From IMG/VR virus record IMGVR_UViG_3300020037_001229: 64,000 nt of DNA; one strand, given 5' to 3'. Under the pieces are notes generated by a model, which was not told the DNA's origin, did no database searches, and saw only the letters and a program-made list of their open reading frames with translations. Made by a program: the position numbers and the translations under genes. The number at the start of each line of letters is the position of its first letter. The first letter of the stretch is position 1. The stretch is from an uncultured virus (IMG/VR IMGVR_UViG_3300020037_001229) (Duplodnaviria > Heunggongvirae > Uroviricota > Caudoviricetes). Positions 29,986 through 39,444 of the stretch are shown here, in pieces.

Positions 29986-30747
29986 TTAAATTTCCCTTAA
30001 AGCGTCAGTGTAAGACTGGACTGTCTGCCCTGTCAATCCTGGGGCAGTATTGATCTCTAGAACGTATGGTCTCTGTCTCTGGTTGTTCCAGATAATGTCG
30101 ACAGCTCCAAAGTCTAGGTGGCACTGTCCAACGGCTTCAATGGCCATATTTCTAATGGCATCATTAGGATTGACTCCACCCCTCTGATAGATAAAACCAT
30201 TGTTGAGGTTTCTGATCTGGTAGTTGATAGGATCACCACTCTCAGCTTTTTCCTTAGAGAGAGTTTTCCTTTGAAAATCAATTACTTGACCGAAAGCCAC
30301 ATGGATACGGTACTCCTCTGTTTTCTTCACATACTGTGTGTACAAAGGAGCCTGAGTGAATGTGTCAGGGTTGTCTCTCTTCATGAGAACTAAACCTGCG
30401 GCAGAATGTCCATTGAGAATGGTCCTTGCACACACATCGTGACCTTCGCCAACCCAACGAATAGCTTCATCAAAGGAAGTCGTCCAAGGAGGGAGTAGTT
30501 CAGGTTGAACAGCCCTAAAGAAGTTTAACTTATTAGAGGCTACCCTAACCCTGTCAGGCGGGTTGACGATATTGCAACGAGAAACTTCGTCGCTTACATT
30601 ACTAGCACCCCAATTAATTACCCGTTTGTTTGGTCCACCACGAAAACGAGAATTCTCATGGCGAATCTTTCTAATACCAAGTGCCTCTTTAAGAGCGTTA
30701 GCCCCCTCAGAGTGCTCATTGTGGCTATAAATCCAGGTAGTCATCAA
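29986..30747 (-). CDS. ATP-grasp (RimK-like) ligase
   Basis: INWG, SNKL, EYRIHV, LDFGAVD, LEINTAPG. Confidence 0.85.
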   Translation of the reverse strand: MMTTWIYSHNEHSEGANALKEALGIRKIRHENSRFRGGPNKRVINWGASNVSDEVSRCNIVNPPDRVRVASNKLNFFRAVQPELLPPWTTSFDEAIRWVGEGHDVCARTILNGHSAAGLVLMKRDNPDTFTQAPLYTQYVKKTEEYRIHVAFGQVIDFQRKTLSKEKAESGDPINYQIRNLNNGFIYQRGGVNPNDAIRNMAIEAVGQCHLDFGAVDIIWNNQRQRPYVLEINTAPGLTGQTVQSYTDALREI

Positions 30748-32039
30748 AAATTCCCGTCATCAACATCATCGTTTAATTCATCAGGACGCAAATCGTCACC
30801 GTCTACCACTACATCTAGCCTAAAAGGGTCCATTGGCACTGGTTGATTATTAAAGGCTCTATTTAGGAAATTGTCTAGCTCTGCTGCGTTCATCTGTGGC
30901 TGAGGGGCTTCATCAATTCTAATTCTATCAATGCGCCTGACCATGGGCGGATTTTGGGGTTCGGGTATTCTAACCTGTTGAAAATGAATTTCATTTCTTT
31001 CCAGACCACCAACAGGTACATCTAGGTTTTCTACTCGTTCATCTCCCAGAAAGGGATTAGCGTCACCCCAGAGACGCAGATGCTCCAGCACCGCCCGCTT
31101 GTCACCTTCATTCAGAGCTTCAAAGGTTCTCCCGTAATGTGCTACGGAATACTTATCGATTTCGTTGAACTTTACCTTTTTCTTTTCCTTTGGTGGTTCG
31201 TCTAGTTTTTTCCAGTCTTTGATACTATAAGCCAAGCTTGCTGCATACCAAACATTCTGTTCGATTAGAGACTCTTCGTTCTTATGACGAATCTTTTCTC
31301 TGTAGGGACCAAAGATGTTTGTGAGGAGGTCGGAGTTATCCTTCTTGTATCGATCCATGAATTGGTCAGGCGTGAAATCAGACTTACTATACTGGAAGAC
31401 CTGATTTAGTGTACCAATCCAGTCATGGATTTCCTTGGTGTCGACGGTTCCCCTAAAGGAACGAATCTCAAGAGAACCAAACCTAGACAGAGCAGCTAAG
31501 TTTATTGCTGCATACTTTGTGTGCTCGGGGTCGAACACCATGAAATTATACTGTTTGGCTTTGATACCATCGAGCATGTTCTTCATGTTAAAGAACGTAG
31601 TTTCTGCATCACAAATCGGAAGGGCGAAGAGATTTGACAACCTATCCGCCCCTGACATTCGAATAAGAAGGTTCTCAGTGAGAGAATAGATAGTGAGGAA
31701 ATTCCCTAGGGTCTGAAATGTCTCACCCAAGAAATTGATATGTACGTGAACACTGGTCGTAACAGAGTCCTTAATGAAAGGAATCTTACTCGTCTTTACT
31801 CGAAACTCTTCGAGGGCTAAAGGAATATGCTCGTTGAAATCTAGTGGCTGCTTCAAGACATACTCTTGTCCAAAGTTTCGAAGACTGCCATCCCTGTGTA
31901 CATCCCAAAAAGAAAACTTTGGAACGTCGTAGGCCTCCACCGTCTCAGTCTCGATCTCTAGCCCGAAAGTGCCTTTATGAGCGGCGTAACTCATTCCACG
32001 ACTGGTTAACGCTTTGTAAACGTTACTCATTTTAGTCAA
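30744..32039 (-). CDS. Putative amidoligase (COOH-NH2 ligase fold)
   Basis: FGLEIE, DGSL...E, SVHVHIN, KYAAIN...GSLEIR. Confidence 0.8.
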   Translation of the reverse strand: MTKMSNVYKALTSRGMSYAAHKGTFGLEIETETVEAYDVPKFSFWDVHRDGSLRNFGQEYVLKQPLDFNEHIPLALEEFRVKTSKIPFIKDSVTTSVHVHINFLGETFQTLGNFLTIYSLTENLLIRMSGADRLSNLFALPICDAETTFFNMKNMLDGIKAKQYNFMVFDPEHTKYAAINLAALSRFGSLEIRSFRGTVDTKEIHDWIGTLNQVFQYSKSDFTPDQFMDRYKKDNSDLLTNIFGPYREKIRHKNEESLIEQNVWYAASLAYSIKDWKKLDEPPKEKKKVKFNEIDKYSVAHYGRTFEALNEGDKRAVLEHLRLWGDANPFLGDERVENLDVPVGGLERNEIHFQQVRIPEPQNPPMVRRIDRIRIDEAPQPQMNAAELDNFLNRAFNNQPVPMDPFRLDVVVDGDDLRPDELNDDVDDGNF

Positions 32040-32685
32040 CCTTCCATCCTAGTACGTGAGACAGAAACTTTGAGACTACCCAAGCCAAACCGTCGTTTGG
32101 TACATGAACAACGGTAGAATTAGGGGGAATCCACCCGACGTACTCTCTCTTAAAGAAAACCCTAATAATGCCCATCTTGTCAATGGAAAGGGCGATGTCG
32201 CGAGAAATGGCGATGTCGTGAGTGTTGTCAGGACTCTCATTTAGAAACTTCTTCAACGTAGCTAAAGAATTCTCTAGGGTTGTGTACTTCCCCAACACCA
32301 TATCCACAAAACCCTGAGAGAACATAATACTGGTCGTATTGTGATCAATAGTGTTTCGGTTCATGGCATAAACTTTGAGAGAGTTGGTGGTAACACCCTG
32401 TTTAACCCTTCTCAAAGGGTTTCTCATCAGGTAATACACTACGTTCTTGGTGCCCTTACCGACTTTACCTGGCATATTGATATAACCAAGAGGAACACTC
32501 GAAATATCAAGGTTCTCATCATTGGAACGAATCGACGAAGGGTCAAAAGGCTCCCTCGTGGGAAGGTGAAATAGGTGAAGAACATTTGAACGTTCAGTGG
32601 TCACAAAAACTGGGTAACCGTTATATCGGCAAACGGTATCGCTAAGTTTCTGGGGTAAATCATTGTTAGGAATTCTACAACGCAT
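32032..32685 (-). CDS. Hypothetical protein in amidoligase cluster
   Basis: 217 aa, translationally coupled to neighbours. Confidence 0.55.
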   Translation of the reverse strand: MRCRIPNNDLPQKLSDTVCRYNGYPVFVTTERSNVLHLFHLPTREPFDPSSIRSNDENLDISSVPLGYINMPGKVGKGTKNVVYYLMRNPLRRVKQGVTTNSLKVYAMNRNTIDHNTTSIMFSQGFVDMVLGKYTTLENSLATLKKFLNESPDNTHDIAISRDIALSIDKMGIIRVFFKREYVGWIPPNSTVVHVPNDGLAWVVSKFLSHVLGWKVD

Positions 32686-33373
32686 GTTCGATCTCGCTCA
32701 TTTTCTTTGCGGCATTGTTGAACATCTTACGTCTGAACTTTGAGGAAGCCACCCAAAGATTAGAAGGTGTTCTCAATTCCACACCATAGGTCTTGGGCCG
32801 GAGAGAACCTTCTGCACCGTAATACTTGATTCTCTCCTTCTCTAGTGGAGTCCTAGGCACGAAGAACTGCTCTCCTAGAAAATTCTTTGAAATGAACTTA
32901 CACTTCTCAAGATGCTTCTGGTTGTAAGGGTCGTCCGTCTCCTCGAACCCAATATGGAAGTGACCTGCTGCCGTCCTGAAAGGTGAAAACATCAAGTCCT
33001 CTGGAGGAACTTTCTGATCACCGTGAATGTCGAAATCAGGATCACAACCTAAAATCTTACTTTCTAGAGGCTGAAGGTTGAAATAGTCCTGATCAAATTT
33101 GGCGTAGGGAGTAAAGACGAATCGGATGTCTTTGTCGTGCTTACGAACAATTTCTGCAACCTGTGTCAGAACAACAGAAATATTGTTGTCGAACTCCTCA
33201 GCAGATTGAGCGGGGTCAATGTTAAACTCAGCCGCCATTCCGTCTACCTGAACAGCACCTTTGTCTAACTTGAAAGGCTCATGTTTAGTTCCAGGAAGAA
33301 TACCATGAGCAGAGATGAACTCATTGTTCTTCATAAAAAAGAACTCAGGATCAGTTCCAAACTTAAATTTCAT
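32675..33373 (-). CDS. phiEco32-like COOH-NH2 ligase type 2
   Basis: GTDPEFF, QVDG.AAEFN, GCDPDF, RTAAGHFHIG, YGVELRTPSN. Confidence 0.85.
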   Translation of the reverse strand: MKFKFGTDPEFFFMKNNEFISAHGILPGTKHEPFKLDKGAVQVDGMAAEFNIDPAQSAEEFDNNISVVLTQVAEIVRKHDKDIRFVFTPYAKFDQDYFNLQPLESKILGCDPDFDIHGDQKVPPEDLMFSPFRTAAGHFHIGFEETDDPYNQKHLEKCKFISKNFLGEQFFVPRTPLEKERIKYYGAEGSLRPKTYGVELRTPSNLWVASSKFRRKMFNNAAKKMSEIEHAL

Positions 33374-34518
33374 TGTAAGATTCCACCGTTAACCTTTTTT
33401 TCTTCGACTGCTCTCAATACATCACTGTTTTGCAAACTTTCGATCATATCGTAGCACACCGCACACTGATAGGTATTAGTCTTCTGATCGTGATGGCCAA
33501 AGTGCTGCGCCACCAAATCCATATCCTCACTACACGTTACACACTTCTTGTGTAGGCTCACCCTCTTTACTTTTACCTTTGGACGAATCTTCGGACGACT
33601 GTGGAGAGGAACAACGTTGCTGCCTTTATTAGCTTCAACAACATTGGTGTCAAAAGGAGAATTGTCCTCTACTTTTTCTTCCCCCTCCTTCTCTTCTTTT
33701 CCTGCCTTCTCTGCGCCTTTGTCTTCCTCCTCTGCTTTGTCGAGGAGGTTCCCCCAGATTCCTGCGTATTCGACTTCTTTTTCACGAAAGGGTTCGTAAA
33801 CGTCCAACCTCCAGGTGGGAAATCTTCCACGATTTACGTCTGTGGGCTTAAACGTATGGATAGTGTGATCCCTGAAATAGGCACATGGACCTACTTCGAT
33901 TCCTAATCTTCCTGCAATTGCAGAGATCATCCACGCTTCACTCGCCCAATAAAAGACGGCGCGATCCTTGTTAAAGGCGCAGTAGAGAGACCTATCCCCA
34001 TTCTTGACGATTGAGATTTCCTCTGTCTCTTTGTTAAAGAGAACCAAGGCGTATGCGTTAGAGTTGTCTTTTAACTCTGAGAGTACTGGCTTAATCCCAC
34101 GGGCATCAATATCTTCGAAGAGAAGCTCAGAATCTGTCTTGGCACCAGAACTATATCTCTGATCGAATAGTGTCCCATTGTGCATACCGATAAATGTTTC
34201 TTTTTCGAACGGATGCGCATTCTCCTTGGTAATACCACCTCGTGTGGCGTGCCTAAGATGCACCATGAAGAAGTTATCTGTCACGGAATCAAAGACACGT
34301 GTGTTTCCATCTTTCGCCTTGGCATGATACCAAGTGAAATAAGAAATGTCTGAGTCCATTTTCTCAAGGATGTAGTCTATTTTTCTATAGACTGTGTTAC
34401 CCTGAAGAATACCAGTTGAATCTGATCCCCGTAGGCCTGCAACATAGGCCATATCTTGGAGCATCTTTAAATCTTTGGTGGTAACACCGGCACCAGCCAT
34501 TCCTACTAGACCACACAT
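33370..34518 (-). CDS. Class II glutamine amidotransferase with C-terminal Zn ribbon
   Basis: MCGLVG, RG.DSTG, HLRHATRG, NAHPF, HNGT, DSE; CVTC...CAVC. Confidence 0.85.
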   Translation of the reverse strand: MCGLVGMAGAGVTTKDLKMLQDMAYVAGLRGSDSTGILQGNTVYRKIDYILEKMDSDISYFTWYHAKAKDGNTRVFDSVTDNFFMVHLRHATRGGITKENAHPFEKETFIGMHNGTLFDQRYSSGAKTDSELLFEDIDARGIKPVLSELKDNSNAYALVLFNKETEEISIVKNGDRSLYCAFNKDRAVFYWASEAWMISAIAGRLGIEVGPCAYFRDHTIHTFKPTDVNRGRFPTWRLDVYEPFREKEVEYAGIWGNLLDKAEEEDKGAEKAGKEEKEGEEKVEDNSPFDTNVVEANKGSNVVPLHSRPKIRPKVKVKRVSLHKKCVTCSEDMDLVAQHFGHHDQKTNTYQCAVCYDMIESLQNSDVLRAVEEKKVNGGILQ

Positions 34519-34527
34519 ATTTACCTC

Positions 34528-35157
34528 TCAGAAAAAGAAATCGACTAGATTGAAGAAGTACTCGCGCGTCGACTTCGCACTGCTGTACTCCGGGTGAGGC
34601 TGGAAACACAGAGAATTTGTAGTGTCGTACCAAACGACCTCTGTGTCAAAGATAGGCTTCTCGCGGTCCTTCTTATCTGAGATGAACGTAGTGGCTTCAT
34701 CGGCGATAGCGATTACTTCACCGTCTTCACCAGGAATCATCATCTGGTGGTGAGTGCTCGTAACGTCGACAGGAATTCCTGTCAACAGATCGATGGCAAC
34801 GTGTGTTCCAGACAAACCGTGCTTATCAACGTGTTGCCACATAGCACCGCCTGATAACACGTTGAGAAACTGACCACCGCGACAAATACCGATCTTTGGT
34901 TTATAGAGAAATCTCTGAAAGATTGCAGACTCTCTGTCGTCTCTCCTTTTGTTTATTGAGGTCTGTTCAAGTTTGTTTTCACCATATAAGAAAGGATCGA
35001 CATCTTCACCACCAGTAAAAATGACTAGGTCAGGGTTTGCCTTCTTGTCGTTTTCATACAGAATTCTATATCCCTTGGCGCTAAAAATATTCTGTACCTG
35101 AAAGTTATCCCCTACTACTAAAACGGAGGGTTTGATTAAGTGCTTAGTCAGAGTCAT
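34528..35157 (-). CDS. Class I glutamine amidotransferase / peptidase C26-like
   Basis: TGGEDVDP..Y, GICRGGQ, STHHQ, FQPHPE. Confidence 0.85.
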   Translation of the reverse strand: MTLTKHLIKPSVLVVGDNFQVQNIFSAKGYRILYENDKKANPDLVIFTGGEDVDPFLYGENKLEQTSINKRRDDRESAIFQRFLYKPKIGICRGGQFLNVLSGGAMWQHVDKHGLSGTHVAIDLLTGIPVDVTSTHHQMMIPGEDGEVIAIADEATTFISDKKDREKPIFDTEVVWYDTTNSLCFQPHPEYSSAKSTREYFFNLVDFFF

Positions 35158-35897
35158 CCTTTTTTGATCCTTTCGTAGGCTTCCATGTACTTTTCTGCCA
35201 GAAGGAGGTTCGTAGTGGTGGCGTCTCTCACTCTCTGTGGAATAGAAATGATACTACTACCAAAAACACTGCAAATCGAACCAGATTCTATTACTAACAG
35301 GGACTTCTCATACTTAGTAAAGTCCAAGGTGTCCCAGAAAAACCAATGGTTAAGGTTGTGTACGGTTCTAAACTCTAAACGGTTACCGTCGTCTATGTGT
35401 AAGTAGGTACACAAGAGGTAAGCAACGTCAGGTCTGACACCAGACTCTACCATCCGTAACCAAGCTTTCCAATGACTCTGGAAGTGATGGTAAGTTCTAG
35501 GAACCGTTAGCCAGTTTTTCCAGTCCTTTGCGCGTGGTCTCCCCAACAGGTGTTCAGGGATATGAAACCCTATGAACCTCCCGGCAGAGTCTCGAATACT
35601 CTCAACAGGCTCTTTGAGTATACTTCTCCAAGGGTTGTATTCGTTTGGAGTACTACACCACTCCCAGAACTTATTAAAGCCTATTTCTTCTTTGGAGCCT
35701 GCACTAGGCCCTGTCAAATAAATGGCTGCGTTCTTAAGATTCCCACCGTTGGCAAAAAGTGAAGCGTAACATGGCGCGTTTAATCCACTTGTTTCGTCAC
35801 CATCGGTTAAAACCCCATACCAACTGGAGCAATTGGAATCAAACTTCGTATCAACTCCAAATTTTCTAATTGCGTCTTCTACAATCTGTTTTGTCAT
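35154..35897 (-). CDS. Hypothetical protein
   Basis: 247 aa, coupled ORF. Confidence 0.55.
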   Translation of the reverse strand: MTKQIVEDAIRKFGVDTKFDSNCSSWYGVLTDGDETSGLNAPCYASLFANGGNLKNAAIYLTGPSAGSKEEIGFNKFWEWCSTPNEYNPWRSILKEPVESIRDSAGRFIGFHIPEHLLGRPRAKDWKNWLTVPRTYHHFQSHWKAWLRMVESGVRPDVAYLLCTYLHIDDGNRLEFRTVHNLNHWFFWDTLDFTKYEKSLLVIESGSICSVFGSSIISIPQRVRDATTTNLLLAEKYMEAYERIKKG

Positions 35898-36511
35898 TAC
35901 TTACGGCTCTTGTCGTTTTTGTCCAAACGGTATCTGATGGCTTTAGCAATATCTGATGATTGATGCCAGTCACGCCGGTGATTAGGTAACTCTACACCAA
36001 AGTAAGAACGGGTAATAGAACTCAAAGATTCAAGAGGGTGTATTATCAAAAGCCTACCAATTCGTTCGGCTGTAGCGTCCCTCCTGCTAAGAGGAGCACC
36101 TGCACCCTTGGCCTGTTCCTCAAGGAGTTTCTTTCTTGCCTCTTGTTGTTTCTGTCTCTTTTCTTCTTTTACTCTCTTTTTTTCCTCTTTTTTCTTTCTA
36201 AGAGACTCCATGAATGGCGCAAGAGACTTTTCTAGTGTCTCTGAATCCACAGCGTGAACACTTAGTTTTTCATCACTGTATTTAGTAGTCTCGAAAACTA
36301 CCTTAAATCCGAGAGCCTTAAGGTACCCTCTTTCGACATCTTGTTTATCATTGGTGATTGCCGTATTAATACTATTATACCCTATAGAAATAATTCTCTC
36401 TGCAAATTCTTCGAGGGTCTTACTCCTAACCTTAGAGTGTGCTCCTCCTAGGTCATAAAAGTAGGAACCTGCACAACAACCATTGAAACCACTTCTTTTC
36501 ATTTCAGACAT
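35897..36511 (-). CDS. Hypothetical protein
   Basis: 204 aa; GCCAG...AITNDKQ...LGF. Confidence 0.55.
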   Translation of the reverse strand: MSEMKRSGFNGCCAGSYFYDLGGAHSKVRSKTLEEFAERIISIGYNSINTAITNDKQDVERGYLKALGFKVVFETTKYSDEKLSVHAVDSETLEKSLAPFMESLRKKKEEKKRVKEEKRQKQQEARKKLLEEQAKGAGAPLSRRDATAERIGRLLIIHPLESLSSITRSYFGVELPNHRRDWHQSSDIAKAIRYRLDKNDKSRK

Positions 36512-36522
36512 TGCTATAACTC

Positions 36523-36963
36523 CTAGAATGTAATATCACCAATATCAATTTTATCAAGTATAGGTTTGATATCCTTATGGTAATCACCTACCCAACTCGT
36601 ACAAAGAGCATAGTCAGTACCTAACTTTGAATACTTTCCGATAGCTTCGAAGCCTGTAGAGTCCAAGTGTTTGACTATCTTAGTATTGTTTTGCTGTGAG
36701 TTGGTAACTGCAAAGATTACCCCTACGGTCGGCATCATCGAGATCATGAACTTCAAGAGCTTCTGAAAGTTTACCAAGTCATTCGGTGCGTACAGATAGT
36801 AATGATTTCCAGAAGCAGGGAAGTAGTCAGGGTTAAAATTTGGTAGCTCCTTAAAAAACCTTAGAGAGCGATTGATTGTGTCTTCGTCCTTGGTGGTTGA
36901 GTCAACCCACAGTCCTTTCAGAATCCTTCCACCACAGTAGCTAGGAAAAACTTCGAGAATCAT
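36523..36963 (-). CDS. Hypothetical protein
   Basis: 146 aa; YCGG...AVTNSQQ...TGF. Confidence 0.55.
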   Translation of the reverse strand: MILEVFPSYCGGRILKGLWVDSTTKDEDTINRSLRFFKELPNFNPDYFPASGNHYYLYAPNDLVNFQKLLKFMISMMPTVGVIFAVTNSQQNNTKIVKHLDSTGFEAIGKYSKLGTDYALCTSWVGDYHKDIKPILDKIDIGDITF

Positions 36964-37157
36964 TTCTTTACCTCAATCTTAAACACTTTGAATTTGGCAC
37001 GATCAATTAATCTCATCTTGTTGATTCGACTCTGAGCAGAAGAAACAGAAGGAAAAAGAACCTTATCCCTTTCGTATCTTCCCTCATTGACAAACTTCAT
37101 TATCCACCCTGCGTGCCAATCGTTCCGAGCTACAACGTAATGAGTCTCAGAGATCAT
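36960..37157 (-). CDS. Hypothetical protein
   Basis: 65 aa, coupled ORF. Confidence 0.5.
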   Translation of the reverse strand: MISETHYVVARNDWHAGWIMKFVNEGRYERDKVLFPSVSSAQSRINKMRLIDRAKFKVFKIEVKK

Positions 37158-37514
37158 CTATCTGCTCCATTCGTACACGTTGTTTGTGTGGGGAATTTCT
37201 CTCATAGAATCGAAACGAAAGGCACGGTCAATTCCGACATACATGAACAGGTCGGGTTCGATCTCTTTTCGAGAGTACAGCCAACCTTCACCTTCAAGTC
37301 TGTCGAGTGAATTTAGGACATAGTCCGAGTCTCCAATGTCCCAGATTTCACCTTTTACTTTGGAGTTGGGGGATGGGGCTGCAACGGGGAAACCGGAATC
37401 TAACAGCTTGTAGCCGTCAATGATGTGTTCCGATATAAAGGTTGAGGTAGGTTCCAAGAGCCTCTTCCCGTTGCCATAGCCACGCTTCAGCGTACCGTAG
37501 ACAAAAACTTTCAC
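37158..37514 (-). CDS. Gamma-glutamylcyclotransferase (AIG2-like)
   Basis: KVFVYGTLKRGYGN, FP, VKGE, LDRLEG...Y.R. Confidence 0.88.
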   Translation of the reverse strand: MKVFVYGTLKRGYGNGKRLLEPTSTFISEHIIDGYKLLDSGFPVAAPSPNSKVKGEIWDIGDSDYVLNSLDRLEGEGWLYSRKEIEPDLFMYVGIDRAFRFDSMREIPHTNNVYEWSR

Positions 37515-37777
37515 TTGAACTTCAAACCGTACTTAGCTTTTTCACACTCGAAGAATATGAAGACAATAAGTATTACTGTATAAAATGTAAGAATTGATAC
37601 TACAAAGCTGGTGATTACATCAGATGTATACTTTGTTTCTGCCAGAGAGTAAAATGTCCTCTGAAAGTAAGCAAAGGTAAGTCCATAAGCGATGGCGGCT
37701 GCCAAAAGACTTACAACGGTGATAAGAACCAAATAGTTAGGAAAGAGAAACGCGAAGAGCATTTGAGTTATTTTCAT
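37511..37777 (-). CDS. Membrane protein
   Basis: Two hydrophobic segments. Confidence 0.5.
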   Translation of the reverse strand: MKITQMLFAFLFPNYLVLITVVSLLAAAIAYGLTFAYFQRTFYSLAETKYTSDVITSFVVSILTFYTVILIVFIFFECEKAKYGLKFK

Positions 37778-37778
37778 A

Positions 37779-37863
37779 TGGTATGGACGGAGGGACTCGA
37801 ACCCCCATGCCTTTCGGCGTCTGGGTTTAAACCAGAGGTGTCTACCAATTCCACCACGCCCAC
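37779..37863 (-). tRNA. tRNA-Leu(UAA)
   Basis: Cloverleaf with long variable arm, loop TTTAAAC, CCA. Confidence 0.88.
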
Positions 37864-37974
37864 TTAGTCTCTAGTGGTAAAACCACGATAGGTATACTAT
37901 AAAGCCTATGGCGGTCCACACGCATATCGGGGGTAATAACAACTTGAGCATGTCATTGCTTTCCTTGTTGCTCC

Positions 37975-38472
37975 CTAGGCGGCCTTGGCCTGCTCGTTGA
38001 TCTTGTTGAGGTTACCTCGCCCGTCGAAATAGGCCTTGGCCTCATCAAGCCACTGTGCCAGACGCTGCTTGACTATCTGTTCGGAGTCTTCCGAGAAACG
38101 AAGGGCGATTCTCTCCACAGCGGCCCAATCGGGCATGTTGAAAGCCCCGTGTTCGATCCTGGAGTATTCAAGTCCACGAAGGAAGCCATAGGCGATGAAC
38201 GAAGAACGGGATTCCTTCCGGAGGATACCCTTCCGGTGGTCTTGGAGATTCCAGAGCTTCTCGTAGGCTTCATCGGCCCTACGGAGCCTTTCCATAGGTT
38301 CGATCTCGGCATTAAAGTTCTGTGCTTCTGGGCGAACCCTACCCTTGCCGTGTCTGAAGGACTGTTTCCCGATAAGCCAACGACCATAGCGGAGAACACG
38401 AGTCTCTTCGAGCTTGATGTGCCTCGCTTCCGAGGAGAGAGTCTTCAGTTTTACTTTGAGTGCAGTCAACAT
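37975..38472 (-). CDS. Conserved phage hypothetical protein
   Basis: LKVKLK.L..EAR.I..EE...L..HR...R.ESR....AYGFLRG..Y..IE pattern; GC-rich. Confidence 0.6.
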   Translation of the reverse strand: MLTALKVKLKTLSSEARHIKLEETRVLRYGRWLIGKQSFRHGKGRVRPEAQNFNAEIEPMERLRRADEAYEKLWNLQDHRKGILRKESRSSFIAYGFLRGLEYSRIEHGAFNMPDWAAVERIALRFSEDSEQIVKQRLAQWLDEAKAYFDGRGNLNKINEQAKAA

Positions 38473-38493
38473 GTCAGTTTCCTCTTTGTGAAT

Positions 38494-38569
38494 TGGAGAG
38501 CCCGGTGGGATTCGAACCCACGACCTGTAGATTAAAAGTCTATTGCTCTACCTACTGAGCTACGGGCTC
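38494..38569 (-). tRNA. tRNA-Lys(UUU)
   Basis: Cloverleaf, loop CTTTTAA, CCA. Confidence 0.9.
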
Positions 38570-38673
38570 ATACCTGGGGTGGTGACTCCGGTTGCTAAGG
38601 GAGGACAGAGTCACCGATTGTTCCTCCGAGAATCTACATGATCTCCTCCTGTAGATTTACTAAAAGCACTAAG

Positions 38674-38750
38674 TGGAGCCCCTGACAGGATTTGAACCTG
38701 CAACCTTCACCTTACAAGGGTGTTGCTCTAGCCATTTGAGCTACAAGGGC
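38674..38750 (-). tRNA. tRNA-Thr(UGU)
   Basis: Cloverleaf, loop CTTGTAA, CCA. Confidence 0.9.
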
Positions 38751-38760
38751 AAACTGTTGT

Positions 38761-39021
38761 TTACTTTTTGAGAGCGAACTTGGCTACCTTTCGGTAGGTG
38801 TCCACAAGATTACGATAGGAAGACTCATCATAAGTCTTTTCTCTAGGGTACCCATCATTTGTACACGCGCCAGATTCAGTAGGAAACAAAGAAACCCATA
38901 GCAGAGCATTTTCTAATTTCTTTATTCTTTCTCTGAGTGTCTTGTTTTCCTCACGAATGGCGGCTAGTTCACCCTCCGAAGCCTCGGCACGCGCCCTGCG
39001 GATCATGTGTTGAATACCCAC
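38761..39021 (-). CDS. Hypothetical coiled-coil protein; start uncertain
   Basis: ORF between tRNA-Thr and upstream gene. Confidence 0.45.
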   Translation of the reverse strand: MGIQHMIRRARAEASEGELAAIREENKTLRERIKKLENALLWVSLFPTESGACTNDGYPREKTYDESSYRNLVDTYRKVAKFALKK

Positions 39022-39335
39022 TACCAGCTCACCCGGACGATATAGGCACCAGGCTCGATCCACCCCTGCTGAACTGCGTAGGAGAGCGGAAGGTGTAGGC
39101 TCGAGCGCTCGAGGTCAATGAGCCCGGTGTTGGCGAACTTCTGGCGCTCTTCCTCATCCCACTTGTGCTCGGCGTTGGCAGGGTCAGGAAGCTCGACATC
39201 GACCGAATAATCGGTGTCGTTGGGCGAACCAATGATCTCGACCTCCTTGCCGAGCTTCTCGGTTAGGAACGCCTCAAGGTCGGCGTAATCAACATAGTGG
39301 GTCGTCTTGGTGGTCATTATGAGTGTTGAGTCCAT
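39021..39335 (-). CDS. Hypothetical protein
   Basis: AGGAG SD before ATG 39335; the longer ORF call overlaps tRNA-Arg. Confidence 0.55.
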   Translation of the reverse strand: MDSTLIMTTKTTHYVDYADLEAFLTEKLGKEVEIIGSPNDTDYSVDVELPDPANAEHKWDEEERQKFANTGLIDLERSSLHLPLSYAVQQGWIEPGAYIVRVSW

Positions 39336-39356
39336 GTCTATTCTCCTTTTGTTTAA

Positions 39357-39433
39357 TGGTGATCCTACCTGGACTCGAACCAGGAACCTAGAGATTAGAA
39401 GTCTCTCGCTCTGTCCAGTTGAGCTATAGGACC
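39357..39433 (-). tRNA. tRNA-Arg(UCU)
   Basis: Cloverleaf, loop CTTCTAA, CCA. Confidence 0.92.
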
Positions 39434-39444
39434 AAACTACGAAT

